Assembly (NCBI GenBank): GCA_010093745.1 | Contig: MU005969.1 | Span: 186,001-242,698, forward strand | Direction of reading: 5' to 3' | Origin: Piedraia hortae CBS 480.64 | Taxonomy: Eukaryota | Length of the DNA stretch: 56,698 bases | In this document: positions 9,707 through 19,000 of the stretch, piece after piece | Layout: every line of letters starts with the position of its first letter | Numbering within the stretch: the stretch's first letter is position 1 | Program-made: the position numbers and the translations under genes | The notes under the pieces: model-generated | What the model was told of the DNA's origin: nothing | Database searches by the model: none | The model's input: only the letters and a program-made list of their open reading frames with translations

Positions 9707-9842
9707 CACCCTCGTATATCTGCCCGGTCAGCATGCTAATTGCTGACGCGGTTCCTGGAAACGAGGGAGATGAACAGAGTCATGTTGAGAAAACCATTTC
9801 TTCGCTCCATGAAGATGATGGTGGTTTTTGGCTCTTACATAG
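9707..9842 (+). ncRNA. Box H/ACA snoRNA copy 2 (paralog of copy 1)
   Basis: CCCTCGT(9709)/ACGAGGG(9761), H box AGATGA 9768-9773, ACA 9837-9839. Pocket sequences are identical to copy 1. Upper stems differ but still pair (GTCAGCA/TGCTGAC vs GTCTGTA/TGCGGAC; ACCATT/GATGGT vs ATCGTT/GATGGT). Confidence 0.8.
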
Positions 9843-9985
9843 CTATCTCTACCACAACGAATCTCCCCATCAATCATCTCTCCCACCAACAATTACACCT
9901 CCTTTCCACATCTATAGTCTCACCTCCCCACTTCTAGTCAAACAAACGTAACCCCCCATCCATCAGTCTCCCCCCTCCCATTACT

Positions 9986-11164
9986 CTACTTTCCCCCCCT
10001 CCTCTTCCCACCGCTTTTCGGGAATACCAACGGTACCCTCAATCGCGCGACCCTCATCCCCAACCCCTGAGCCTTAGATAACCCGACCTCCCCCAACTCC
10101 TTCAACGTCGGCGCAGCAACCTTACACCCCAACTCCCTAAAAAACTTAGTAATCTCCTCGTCCGAAACCCTCAAATCGTCCCTCAACTCCCCCGTCCACA
10201 CAACAAACCCCTCAGCCCTCAACGCAAGCGCACAAATCCAAATCCTGAGTTTTTCAAAATTCCATTTCGGGAGTTCGCCTCCTACCGCGAAGCGGTTTCT
10301 CACCCCCTCGATCGCTTGTGGAGAGAATTCTTCCCCGAGTTTTTTGAGCAGGACTTCGCGTTTGGGGATTTTTTTCGGCATTCGGCCCGTGAGGGTATCG
10401 TGGAAGGAGAGTAAGAGGTGTAGATACCTCAACGCCAACAACCTCTCATCATCCCCACTCCGCACAACAGCGACGACATGCTTTGCTGGGTATCTATGGT
10501 GAAATTTTATCTCCTCACCCCCATGCACGCTTTTAACCCACTTCTCCGTCGAGAGCTGTTTCGCGACTTGAGGGGGGATCAGTTCCCCAAAGGGGTAGGC
10601 GTCTTCGACACGTGTGGCGGCTGGGTTTGGCTTTGGGATGGGTTTAGCGTTCAGTTGGATTTCTGCCTGGTTGGGAGGAGGGTCGAGTTCGTCGAGGGAG
10701 GCCAGGATTTCAGGTTGGGGGGCTGTGGAGGTTATTGCGTTGCGCGATTTGTCGAGTAAAGCTTTCTGCGCTTTTTTCGTGCCAAATTCGAGACCGAGGG
10801 CTTCACGTTGGGACTTGGGGTTGCGGGTGATGGCTGTTGGGAGGGATGCTTTGCGGGTGTGGGCACGGAGGGTTAATTTTTCGATGGGACGAATTTGGGT
10901 GGTGAGGGTTTTGGGGTTGTGGAGGACCATGTAGTGCTTGAGGTGCGGATCGGGGGTAGGGTGGGCGGTATAGTCTAGCCGAGGGTGCGAGGAGGTGTGC
11001 AAGATTCTGTCCGACTTTTTGGTGTAGGCTTGAAAGGTGATGTCGGTCGGGGCGACGATGCCGGGGGTGTTGAGTAGGATTGCATGCGGCCCGGGAGGTT
11101 CGGTGTACTTTGCGACAAGTTGGCTATCATCGCGCTTGCGCTTTTTGCTTTCTTTGGAGGACAT
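9986..11164 (-). CDS. RPA49: RNA polymerase I subunit A49
   Basis: LHTSSHPRLDYT, REALGLEFGTKKAQKAL, PIPKPNPAATRVEDAYP and LRDDLRV...FFRELGC...ARLRVPLVFP; single 392-aa ORF. Confidence 0.9.
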   Translation of the reverse strand: MSSKESKKRKRDDSQLVAKYTEPPGPHAILLNTPGIVAPTDITFQAYTKKSDRILHTSSHPRLDYTAHPTPDPHLKHYMVLHNPKTLTTQIRPIEKLTLRAHTRKASLPTAITRNPKSQREALGLEFGTKKAQKALLDKSRNAITSTAPQPEILASLDELDPPPNQAEIQLNAKPIPKPNPAATRVEDAYPFGELIPPQVAKQLSTEKWVKSVHGGEEIKFHHRYPAKHVVAVVRSGDDERLLALRYLHLLLSFHDTLTGRMPKKIPKREVLLKKLGEEFSPQAIEGVRNRFAVGGELPKWNFEKLRIWICALALRAEGFVVWTGELRDDLRVSDEEITKFFRELGCKVAAPTLKELGEVGLSKAQGLGMRVARLRVPLVFPKSGGKRRGGK

Positions 11165-11389
11165 GGTGATTGGTCTGCGGAGAAATTTTTGGTGCTGTAT
11201 GCGGAGATGCGGGTAGATCCGTAGATCCGTAGATCCGCTGCAGCTTCATCCATCCAGGGCTGGAAGGCTCATTTCCCACGGCAGGGCCAATCAAGACCAG
11301 GATGACGGACAAACCGGTTTCTGGCGTGACGTCAGTGTGCTACGGTATCCTGCCATTGCGCGTTTGCCTGAGCTTCTCCAAGCATCATC

Positions 11390-12261
11390 ATGGCCTCGAC
11401 TGAGATCCCTCGAGTTCCTACTACCGGCGCGACCAACGGCTCCGGCGCAGAGTGGCCGCAGCAGACGCAGACGCAGACGCAACAGCCTCCGGTTTACTCC
11501 GCGGCCATGTCCTCGTTGAACACTGAAGATGGCTCTGCAAACTCGGCCGCGCGGAGGCCTTACCATAACCTGACGGGCGCTTCGTCGCCGCAAATGGCCG
11601 AGTTTCGCGACCGCCAGGTTTCGCGCGGCATTCGTCGGCCCAACGAGGATGTGCTCTCAGGCAGCGATGTCACACGCATTCCCGTGCGGCGCACCAACGA
11701 AGAATACTCCTCTTCGGGCGATTACAACCGCGGAGTTGCGGCGTCAAGCGGTTCTGTTGCAAATGAACTGCGCAGTCGCTTGGAGAAACACGCCAACGAA
11801 ACGCTCACCAAGGGCCAGGAAACGCTCGACAGGTTCTTTCCACCGGAGCAGCGTGCCATGCGTCAGCGTCAGCTGCATGAATTCTCCCTGCGCAATCCCA
11901 AGCTCTCGGTATATCTATCCTTCCATCTCTGACTCGTGATCTGACTCAATGACAGGCTTTTCTCGGCACCAACCTCGCACTTACAGGCATCCCACTGGCT
12001 CTCTTCTTTCTCTTCGCCCTGGGAGTGACAGTCTTCTGCCTCGCCACAGGTGTCTGTCTCGGCCTCCTTGCCGCCCTTCCATTCATCGGCATGGCCGTCG
12101 GCGCCGCTCTACTTATCCTCCTACCCACCATCGCCATCACCACCCTAACAGCCTGCTTCTTCTGCTTCTGGGGCCTGGTCGGTGTCTACCTCCTGCGCTG
12201 GTTCAACGGCGAAGACAGCAGCAACAGCAGCAACCGCCGCGTCGTCTCCTACAAACATTAG
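11390..12261 (+). CDS. Promethin/LDAF1(Ldo)-like lipid-droplet membrane protein (exons 11390-11908, 11956-12261)
   Basis: LDRFFPPEQR...RNPKLS|AFLGTNLALTGIPLALFFLFA...LLPT long hydrophobic hairpins; the 47-nt intron 11909-11955 (GTATAT...CTGAC...CAG) restores the frame. Confidence 0.7.
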
Positions 12262-12347
12262 ACATGTGTCATAACTAAACACCTAATCCTCATGTAATTT
12301 CATTCCCCATGTAGCCGTACTCATCCTTACAATACACCACCTATGTC

Positions 12348-12884
12348 CTACCCCCTGTTCCTCTCCAAATTAACAACCATCCCCTCCATTCCCATCTCCC
12401 TCTCCAAAACCCCATACTCAACCAACTTCCTCTCCAACTTCCCCAGACTAAATCCACTCTGCTCCTCCCGCCCCCCTCCCAACCCCTCGAAACCCGTAAT
12501 CCTCGCAACGCTCTTCCCGCCCACAAATCCCATCACACACGGCAACACCCTCACCTTCAGTCTCTCAACGACCCACGGCGCCTCCGTAGCCTCTAACCTC
12601 ACAAACCTCGTCTCAACATGTCTCTTCGCTAGCTGCTCAAGTGCGGTATCCATCGTCCTGCACCTCGCGAACTCCTCTTTCGCGAAATGTACCACGCATC
12701 GCGCCTCGGTTGTAGTTAAAGTCAGGAGCTCGGATTCGGAGGTATATCTGTCGTAGGACCCGTGGCCCGGGAGGGAGAGGTAGTCCCTGTGTCGGGCGGC
12801 TTCGCGCGCGAGTTCTTCGCGACGGGCAGAGGTGAGGGAGTCGAGGGTGGGATCGGATTCGTCGTCAAATGTTGGGGAGGACAT
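12348..12884 (-). CDS. Phosducin-like / thioredoxin-domain protein (Plp1/TXNDC9-like)
   Basis: GHGSY...CVVHF...FARCRTMDTALEQLAKRHVETRF...APWVVERLKVRVLPCV...ITGFEGL; ATG at 12884. Confidence 0.85.
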   Translation of the reverse strand: MSSPTFDDESDPTLDSLTSARREELAREAARHRDYLSLPGHGSYDRYTSESELLTLTTTEARCVVHFAKEEFARCRTMDTALEQLAKRHVETRFVRLEATEAPWVVERLKVRVLPCVMGFVGGKSVARITGFEGLGGGREEQSGFSLGKLERKLVEYGVLEREMGMEGMVVNLERNRG

Positions 12885-13295
12885 GTTTGCGAAGAGGCGC
12901 TTTTCTGGGTTTGGAGGTTTTTCTGAGCGCGGGTCGGACCGGAAGGGGGATTCTTGGTTTGGAGCGGTGAGAGTTTGGAGAGTTAAATAAATGCAGCGGG
13001 ATTGTGCAGATGCAGGCAGGGATGCAGGCAAGCTGCAGATTTTTTGCTGCGAATATTTGCGCTCGGGATTAATGTCAAGGGGGCAGGAAGTACTGGTCTT
13101 GTAACTGTTACCGAGAGAAGCTATAGACTTGAATGACGTATGGGACGGAATGGTTCCGTGACAGTTAATCAGGTCGTGGGGGGCCAGCACAAACTTTTGA
13201 CTTTTGGCATATCATAGGGGTAAAAGTAGCTTGGAAGGACGCTGGTCGCATGCTTCTACGGTCGATAATGCTCTCACTGTGGGTTAAGTGTCAGC

Positions 13296-14376
13296 TTAAA
13301 ATGCATCTGGTTTGCATCGTTTGAGGCACGACGATTGCAATTCAGCAATGCAAAAAGCGGTAGCGTGGCCCATGAACACCAAGGGCGTAAGAAGGCAACG
13401 ACCTAACCCAGAGCAATCCTTCTCGTAGATGGGAAACCGGGCTGGCTCGTGTGAATAACCTCGTTTCAGCCGGCGGCCAATGACCAGGGTCGCAAGTCTA
13501 TTGGAGGGCTGGCGAAAAGCCTCCACTACCAGAGAAAGTACGGACATCGTGTGAAGTATAGTCGTTCGCCCGGCTGGGACCAAACAAATTGGTCGAGCGT
13601 GGTGAATTTTTTCGGCGAATGGGCCCGGCATCACACAACAGCCCACCCAAAAGTGACCTGAGGGAGAGACCACATTGACGGCAAAAAAGAGCCCCAAAGA
13701 CTCCTCTGCAGGCAAAAGTCAGCACATTCGATGAGGTATACTCGTCTAAACGTTCGCCTGGCTGAGACGAAACGCATCGACCAAGCATGGGTGTTATCTG
13801 AGGAAATGGGCAGGCGAGAGGTTGCAAAAGCCTCGGACAATAAATCCAACAGTCCAATAAGTTAGGGATATGCGGATGTCAAGCTTGAAATGCCGGAGAC
13901 TTTCAGCTTTCGACGGCAGTGCGGCTTGGCGAAGAATGCGTATCGTTCGGTTGGGGCGATGGCGGCTTGGATGCAATTGACTGCTGTCCCAGTGTCGACC
14001 AGAGCTTGGATCTCCTTTCCGTCGATAAGAACCGAAATGCGTTCCGCGCCTTGTACGTCGCTGTCGGCCACCGAGATGCGGTCGATGGCCTTGCTACCTT
14101 GTGTGGTCTTGGCATAACAATCCTTTGATTGATGTCCAAGTCGATGGCATCTTCTGCGCTTCTGCGAGCTGCCTTTACGCTTGCGATGACGGCGGTTGCA
14201 ACGGTGGGATGAAAACCACATCCCTCGGTCTATCGTGTTTTATGAAGAGTCCATGACAAGGTAAACAAATTTTCAATGCTCCGAGATCTTTTAACTAGGG
14301 GCACATGATTCGTGGAGGTCATTATGCTGATTGGCTGACATTCCGTTTCGACCCACTTGAAGATGTCACGGGTAGG
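13296..14376 (-). mobile_element. Degenerate Ty3/gypsy retrotransposon gag-pol (zinc knuckle, protease, eroded RT)
   Basis: CHRLGHQSKDC (CCHC knuckle remnant) and VLIDGKEIQALVDTGTAVNCI (retropepsin DTG), followed by frameshifted RT-like fragments (DLLSEAFA, CVMPGP). Many stops and frameshifts. Confidence 0.75.
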
Positions 14377-14476
14377 ACATAGACGCGGTGAATCCCGTCT
14401 GCCCCAGGCAGGCCGCCAACGTTGGCTCATATAAAGAGATCAGCACGAGCCTGGAGGGCCGAGAATGCCCCCCCCC

Positions 14477-14491
14477 NNNNNNNNNNNNNNN
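14477..14491. other. Assembly gap (15 N)
   Basis: Run of N. Confidence 1.
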
Positions 14492-14866
14492 CCAGGAGCT
14501 GGCCATCGGTTTTTCCTTCCAAGCCGCCAAAGGAAGTACGCCTCCGACGAAAAGCCCTTGGGCAACTCGTCGCGTGCAGAACGAAACACGGTGATCTTGC
14601 CGAGTACCATCAAAGGTTCCACCACCACGACATAGAGCTCCATTGCTCTTGCGAGAGCCTCAATACCCCAGTACACTTTTATTTCTGCCCGAAAGGCATA
14701 GCTGCCAGCAACGTGCTGCGCATTGGCTCGCCAGGCACTGCATTGGATCAGGTCCTAGGCACAGCGGCCAGGGCTATGCTGTTCGCCAAGTATACGGCAC
14801 AATCCAGGGAGAAGACAGGGAGCGAAAGAGTCGGTCCCGCGTGGGGGTATCGGCTTGCGCGGGGTG

Positions 14867-14963
14867 TGTTATAATTGTGAGTAGATGTGTACCAGTATGC
14901 ATACAAGTCTACAGAAAACTAGTTGACGCGTCAAGTCGAGAGCCAAGCGCCGGTTATTGATAA
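14867..14963 (+). repeat. Dispersed repeat, copy 1 (second copy at 56602-56698)
   Basis: TTATAATTGTGAG.AGATGTGTACC...GAAAACTAGTTGACGCGT.AAGTCGAGAGCC.AGCG.CGGTTA is shared with the window end. Confidence 0.9.
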
Positions 14964-15101
14964 TGCGCATGATATATACCGCATATTCACAGCAGGGTGC
15001 GCCGTCTAACGCCCATTAGGGTCCGGGCATAAGCTCATTAGGAGCTATGACCCATCCTTAAGACGTAAAATGAAAAACAAAACAACATAGACGCGGTGAA
15101 T

Positions 15102-15357
15102 TTGTCACTTGGAAAGCAAAGACATTTTGCCCATGCAACACTCCATTGCAATAGCTTTGATGTATCAATGTTCCCATCTCTCGCGATTTGTTGTACAGGA
15201 TCAACGTATCCGCGTGTGTTGGGCAGCCGGGGAGACTGTATGGTGCTAAGGGCGTTACTTTCCCTATATCCGATGATGGCCCTCCCGATCCCTTATGGAT
15301 CGGGGAGTATGCACGCTTATCTTTCTCTCTGTGTAACCTTGTGGCGTTACACAGCAT
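15102..15357 (-). mobile_element. Probable 5' continuation of the gypsy element upstream of the LINE insertion
   Basis: Removing the LINE and one TSD joins ...QVTNSPRLC to PTRDIFKWVETE in one frame. Confidence 0.5.
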
Positions 15358-15514
15358 GCCCCTCAGACGTCATTGCCAGGCTACACACAACGTACAAACC
15401 CATTCAAACATCTAGGCTGACCAACAAACGAAGAGGTACTTTCATAAAAGTCATTGACAAACTACAGTTTTATTTCCTACAACCCATCTTACAGACCGGG
15501 ATATAAGCTTTTTA

Positions 15515-16858
15515 TCACTTCCCGTAGTACGAGCCCAAGTAGTGACCTGGCGTGGTGTGCGAGGCCGGAGCGGTATGTGAGTTTGTGGGGGTAGAAGGTG
15601 CGTAAGCTGCCGTGGTGGGATTATACGACTGTGAGACCTGTGACGGGGTCTGACCTTGGGTTGCTGCGAGGAATTCGTCCCTCAATTGTGGATTTGCAGG
15701 CGCCTGAACGTTGTGGAGGCCGTAAATTTGGTCTGAGAGCTTGGGGTCAATGTCGTTGTTGAAGAGTTTTTGTCGAACGGCCCAGAAGACGGTACCGGTT
15801 AACCAGGCGTCGGAACCGCCGGTGTGTTGGATGCCGTGGCGTTTGCAGCCGAGCTCGTTGGCAAGGTCCTGGAGTCCGCTTTTGCTGCCTACGGCCTCTA
15901 CGATGTGTGTTGCATCGACGCCGAGCCGGCCGCATGTTTTTCGTCGTTGAATTTCTCGCCAGAGAGTCTTGACGTCCCATAGTTTGGGGAAGTAGATGGG
16001 CACGAGGGAGAAGAATTCTTCTTGCGTCTTGGGTAGTGGACTGGCTGAGAGGAGTTTTATAAGATAGGCGAAATCGTATCCGCTGTGGAAAGACAGCCAA
16101 TTGACGTCTTTGTTGAAGACAAAGCCCGAACTGGTCAGTGCAGCGCCGAAGTCATGCAGCGGAACACCGTGGGCTTCGTGCCGTTCAAACTGTACACCGG
16201 CCTCTTTGAGCATCTCAATAGACGGCTGCGAATGTAGATCGTCACTTAGGCTGAACTGGAAATTGAATACCCACGAACAGGGAAGAAAAGGGGGCCAGGA
16301 TTTTTTTGGATCACCGCCGAGCTCTTCTATGAGAGCGGGATCAAGCTGTGGAGGCGGTAAGTCGCCTTCTGGTGACCAAATGGTTATGCCAATCTGAATG
16401 GGCTTGAGGATGTCAACGTTGCAGCGCATCGTCTGGTAATGGTGTTCGGATTTTGTGCTGGCAAAGTTGCCCATTGGTCGGGCTATTACGCCGGGGAATT
16501 CGGCATCCATGGAGACATAGTTGTAGCGTGGTAGAAGAAGGCGTAATGTGGCCATTTCGGCTTGAAAGTTGTGTGCCCAGACATCGCGTATTCTGCTGTT
16601 CGGCGCGCCAACGCCCAGGTCGGCAGTGTTTTCCAACTCTACGCCCCGTGCAAAGCCTTGTTGTGCGGCTATAGAGCCCAGACCCTGGCCACCCATGGTA
16701 TTGTTAAAGCCGGCAAAGTTGTATGGTTGGAACGACGCAATGCCACCATTTAGCTGGCCGTGCAGGTTATGCTGGTAGTTTGAATGCATTGCCAGCTGCG
16801 GATTGGAATTCGCAAACGGGTTGGAAGGTTGCGACGCGTGCATTCGTGCTGGCGGCAT
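15515..16858 (-). CDS. POP2: CCR4-NOT deadenylase subunit Caf1/Pop2
   Basis: IRDVWAHN, SMDAEFPGVIARP, YQTMRCNVD, WLSFHSGYDF, GLQDLA and HTGGSDA DEDD motifs. Confidence 0.95.
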   Translation of the reverse strand: MPPARMHASQPSNPFANSNPQLAMHSNYQHNLHGQLNGGIASFQPYNFAGFNNTMGGQGLGSIAAQQGFARGVELENTADLGVGAPNSRIRDVWAHNFQAEMATLRLLLPRYNYVSMDAEFPGVIARPMGNFASTKSEHHYQTMRCNVDILKPIQIGITIWSPEGDLPPPQLDPALIEELGGDPKKSWPPFLPCSWVFNFQFSLSDDLHSQPSIEMLKEAGVQFERHEAHGVPLHDFGAALTSSGFVFNKDVNWLSFHSGYDFAYLIKLLSASPLPKTQEEFFSLVPIYFPKLWDVKTLWREIQRRKTCGRLGVDATHIVEAVGSKSGLQDLANELGCKRHGIQHTGGSDAWLTGTVFWAVRQKLFNNDIDPKLSDQIYGLHNVQAPANPQLRDEFLAATQGQTPSQVSQSYNPTTAAYAPSTPTNSHTAPASHTTPGHYLGSYYGK

Positions 16859-17031
16859 TGCAGTCGGAGTCGGAGGTTGGATGGATGCTGGAGAGTGTCA
16901 ACGCGCTTGCACGGCGCTAGCAGGCCTGGCGTGCGGTGGGGTAATGTCGCCGTAATGTGGGGTAATGATTGTCACGGAGATAACCGACCTTGACACCTGC
17001 CAGACACAACCCCCGACTTGAACGTCAGACA

Positions 17032-17324
17032 ATGCCTCCGCGACCCGATCTTACCGGCTTCGATCCGCAAAAGCTCGCTGCCTCGTCGGGCTTTACTGAA
17101 CGTGACCCATGGAAACGAGCGTACGTTTGGGAAGTCAGCATCAGCACTCACTAATACATTTGACCAGTGAAGCTTGGCGGTACACCGGCCCATTTACACG
17201 AATGAACCGCTTCCGGGGCCTCTTCCCCGGATTTGGCATCGCATCAGTCGCCTTTGCTGGCTATCTCGTCTACGAGGGATTATACATGGACGATCCCCAC
17301 GAGCACGGAAAAGACCATCACTAG
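17032..17324 (+). CDS. NADH:ubiquinone oxidoreductase B12 subunit (NDUFB3-like; exons 17032-17120, 17168-17324; 81 aa)
   Basis: TGFDP...RDPWKRA|EAWRYTGPFTRMNRFRGLFPGFGIASVAFAGY; 47-nt intron GTACGT...CTAAT...CAG. Confidence 0.9.
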
Positions 17325-17339
17325 AAGACGTGGAAGCGT

Positions 17340-18191
17340 TCAACGCAAGACATGTAAATAATATCTGGTGTTCTCATACACCAAGAAGGTCACACAAGTC
17401 GAAGGCAGCACCCTCACAAACGACGGCACGAGGCCGGCATAGAAGCCTCTCAATCCTCTTTGCCTCCACACCTTTCTCACCACTTCACCCATGGTAGTAT
17501 AGTGTCTCTCTGCATCATACGCCTGCAATCTAGCCCTGATGACCTGGTAGGGATACGTCGCCGCACTCGCAAAAATCTTACTCGCAGCACTGGCCGTCAA
17601 TATCTCCATATTCCCCAACACCTCCCCATGCCTTGCCATAAACTCCTTAAACCGCTCGTAAAGCACAAACTGCACCGCGCCATGCGCAACCCCAAACAAA
17701 GACGGCACCAGTCCACGATAGAAACCTCTAACTCCCTCCCTCGAGTAAATCACCCGAGCGCCCTGCATCATCGACGCGTACGCCCCGGGCGTATCTCTCG
17801 AGGTAGACAGAATCCTCGTCTTGAGCACCCAAATCGGATTCGTAAGCGCGGATGTAAGCAGTCCCGCCACAGCAGACGAAACAAAAAAATCCCCCGTCGT
17901 CAGCCTGCCATGACGATAACTTGCCAACCCATCCTTCACCCGCGCGTAGAAGAGAAAATACAAACCCCAGCTGACACTGTTTCCAAGCAGATTCGGCGCG
18001 ATGCCCCGGTATAAGTTCCGCACAACGTTGCCGAGGCCGTGCGATTCGGTGAGGATATCCCGTGTCGTGGTCCAGGTATTAGGGTTATGGCCGAGTTGCA
18101 TGCGGGTTTTAATCACGTCAAAGGGGTGCACGGCGAGGGTGGAGACCAGGCCCGCGGTGAGGCCGGAGAGGGGTTCTATTAGTTGGGTCAT
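17340..18191 (-). CDS. FLX1: Mitochondrial FAD/folate carrier
   Basis: Three carrier repeats (HPFDVIKTRMQ, TNPIWVLKTRI, TYPYQVIRARLQ), plus GNSVSWGLYF and GVAHGAVQF typical of SLC25A32/Flx1. Confidence 0.85.
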   Translation of the reverse strand: MTQLIEPLSGLTAGLVSTLAVHPFDVIKTRMQLGHNPNTWTTTRDILTESHGLGNVVRNLYRGIAPNLLGNSVSWGLYFLFYARVKDGLASYRHGRLTTGDFFVSSAVAGLLTSALTNPIWVLKTRILSTSRDTPGAYASMMQGARVIYSREGVRGFYRGLVPSLFGVAHGAVQFVLYERFKEFMARHGEVLGNMEILTASAASKIFASAATYPYQVIRARLQAYDAERHYTTMGEVVRKVWRQRGLRGFYAGLVPSFVRVLPSTCVTFLVYENTRYYLHVLR

Positions 18192-18307
18192 GGTAGACTG
18201 CAGTGTAGTTGGGGTGTTCCGCCTACCAACCAGATAAATCACCCAACAGCAGTAATCCCACAGTAACAATACCATCCAGCACCAGACAACGTAATCCTAC
18301 AGTAACA

Positions 18308-19000
18308 ATGTCCAAGACCAAACAACGAATAATCCCACCCAAACAGTCCCTCTACACAACAATCCATCCCCTTATCCTCCCCATCCCACTAATAGCGCTC
18401 TTCCCCACCCTCGTCGCGGACCCAATAAGAGGAATGACGCTCCTCGCACCCATCACAGCCCTCTTACAAGGAGCATATTGCTTGACCCTTCCCGCGAAGC
18501 ATCACTCCTCAAAGCGACCCTCAGCGGAGCGACCTTCCGCGAAGCGGACCCCTGTGAAGCGACTCTCAGCGAGACATCCCTCCAGGCTAGAATCCACCCT
18601 CACCCCCCTCCTCTTCTCCCTGACGCTCACCCCCCTCGTCCTCCTCACTCTAATATTATTCGGCGCCCCGCTAACAACCCACCACCCGCACACCCTCCTC
18701 CTCGCCCTCCATCTGAGCGTGCTGTCCACCCCGCAGCTGTTCAGTGTTCTTGGACTGGAGGGGGATGCGTGGCGAGAGGAGTTACTGGAGGGTGATGGAA
18801 TGGCAGGAGGGATGACAAGTCAAGCAATAGGGACATTTGTGGGCGCGTGGCTAGGCGCGGTGCCGATCCCGCTGGATTGGGATAGGGAGTGGCAGGTTTG
18901 GCCTGTTAGTGTGCTTGTGGGGGGGTATGTAGGGGGGGCTGTGGGGGGGTTGGTCGGGCGGATTGGGGGGCGGTGGGGGTGGGATCAGAGGGGGGGATGA
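18308..19000 (+). CDS. GPI11: GPI anchor biosynthesis protein Gpi11/PIG-F
   Basis: LILFGAPLTTHHPHTLLLALHLS and GAWLGAVPIPLDWDREWQVWP signature. Confidence 0.93.
   Translation: MSKTKQRIIPPKQSLYTTIHPLILPIPLIALFPTLVADPIRGMTLLAPITALLQGAYCLTLPAKHHSSKRPSAERPSAKRTPVKRLSARHPSRLESTLTPLLFSLTLTPLVLLTLILFGAPLTTHHPHTLLLALHLSVLSTPQLFSVLGLEGDAWREELLEGDGMAGGMTSQAIGTFVGAWLGAVPIPLDWDREWQVWPVSVLVGGYVGGAVGGLVGRIGGRWGWDQRGG

Larger units (their letters stand above)
14394..15084 (+). mobile_element. 5'-truncated LINE (Tad1-like) 3' end with A-rich tail, flanked by a 17-bp TSD
   Basis: LGQLVACRTKHGDLAEYHQRF...CSC...TPVHFYFCP resembles the C-terminal Cys/His domain of fungal LINE ORF2. Tail AAAATGAAAAACAAAACA; identical ACATAGACGCGGTGAAT at 14377-14393 and 15085-15101. 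Confidence 0.8.

Noticed and set aside
9540..9734. Lys/Arg-rich ORF (KKRKE repeats)
   Set aside because: Translation of the (TTTTC)n microsatellite.
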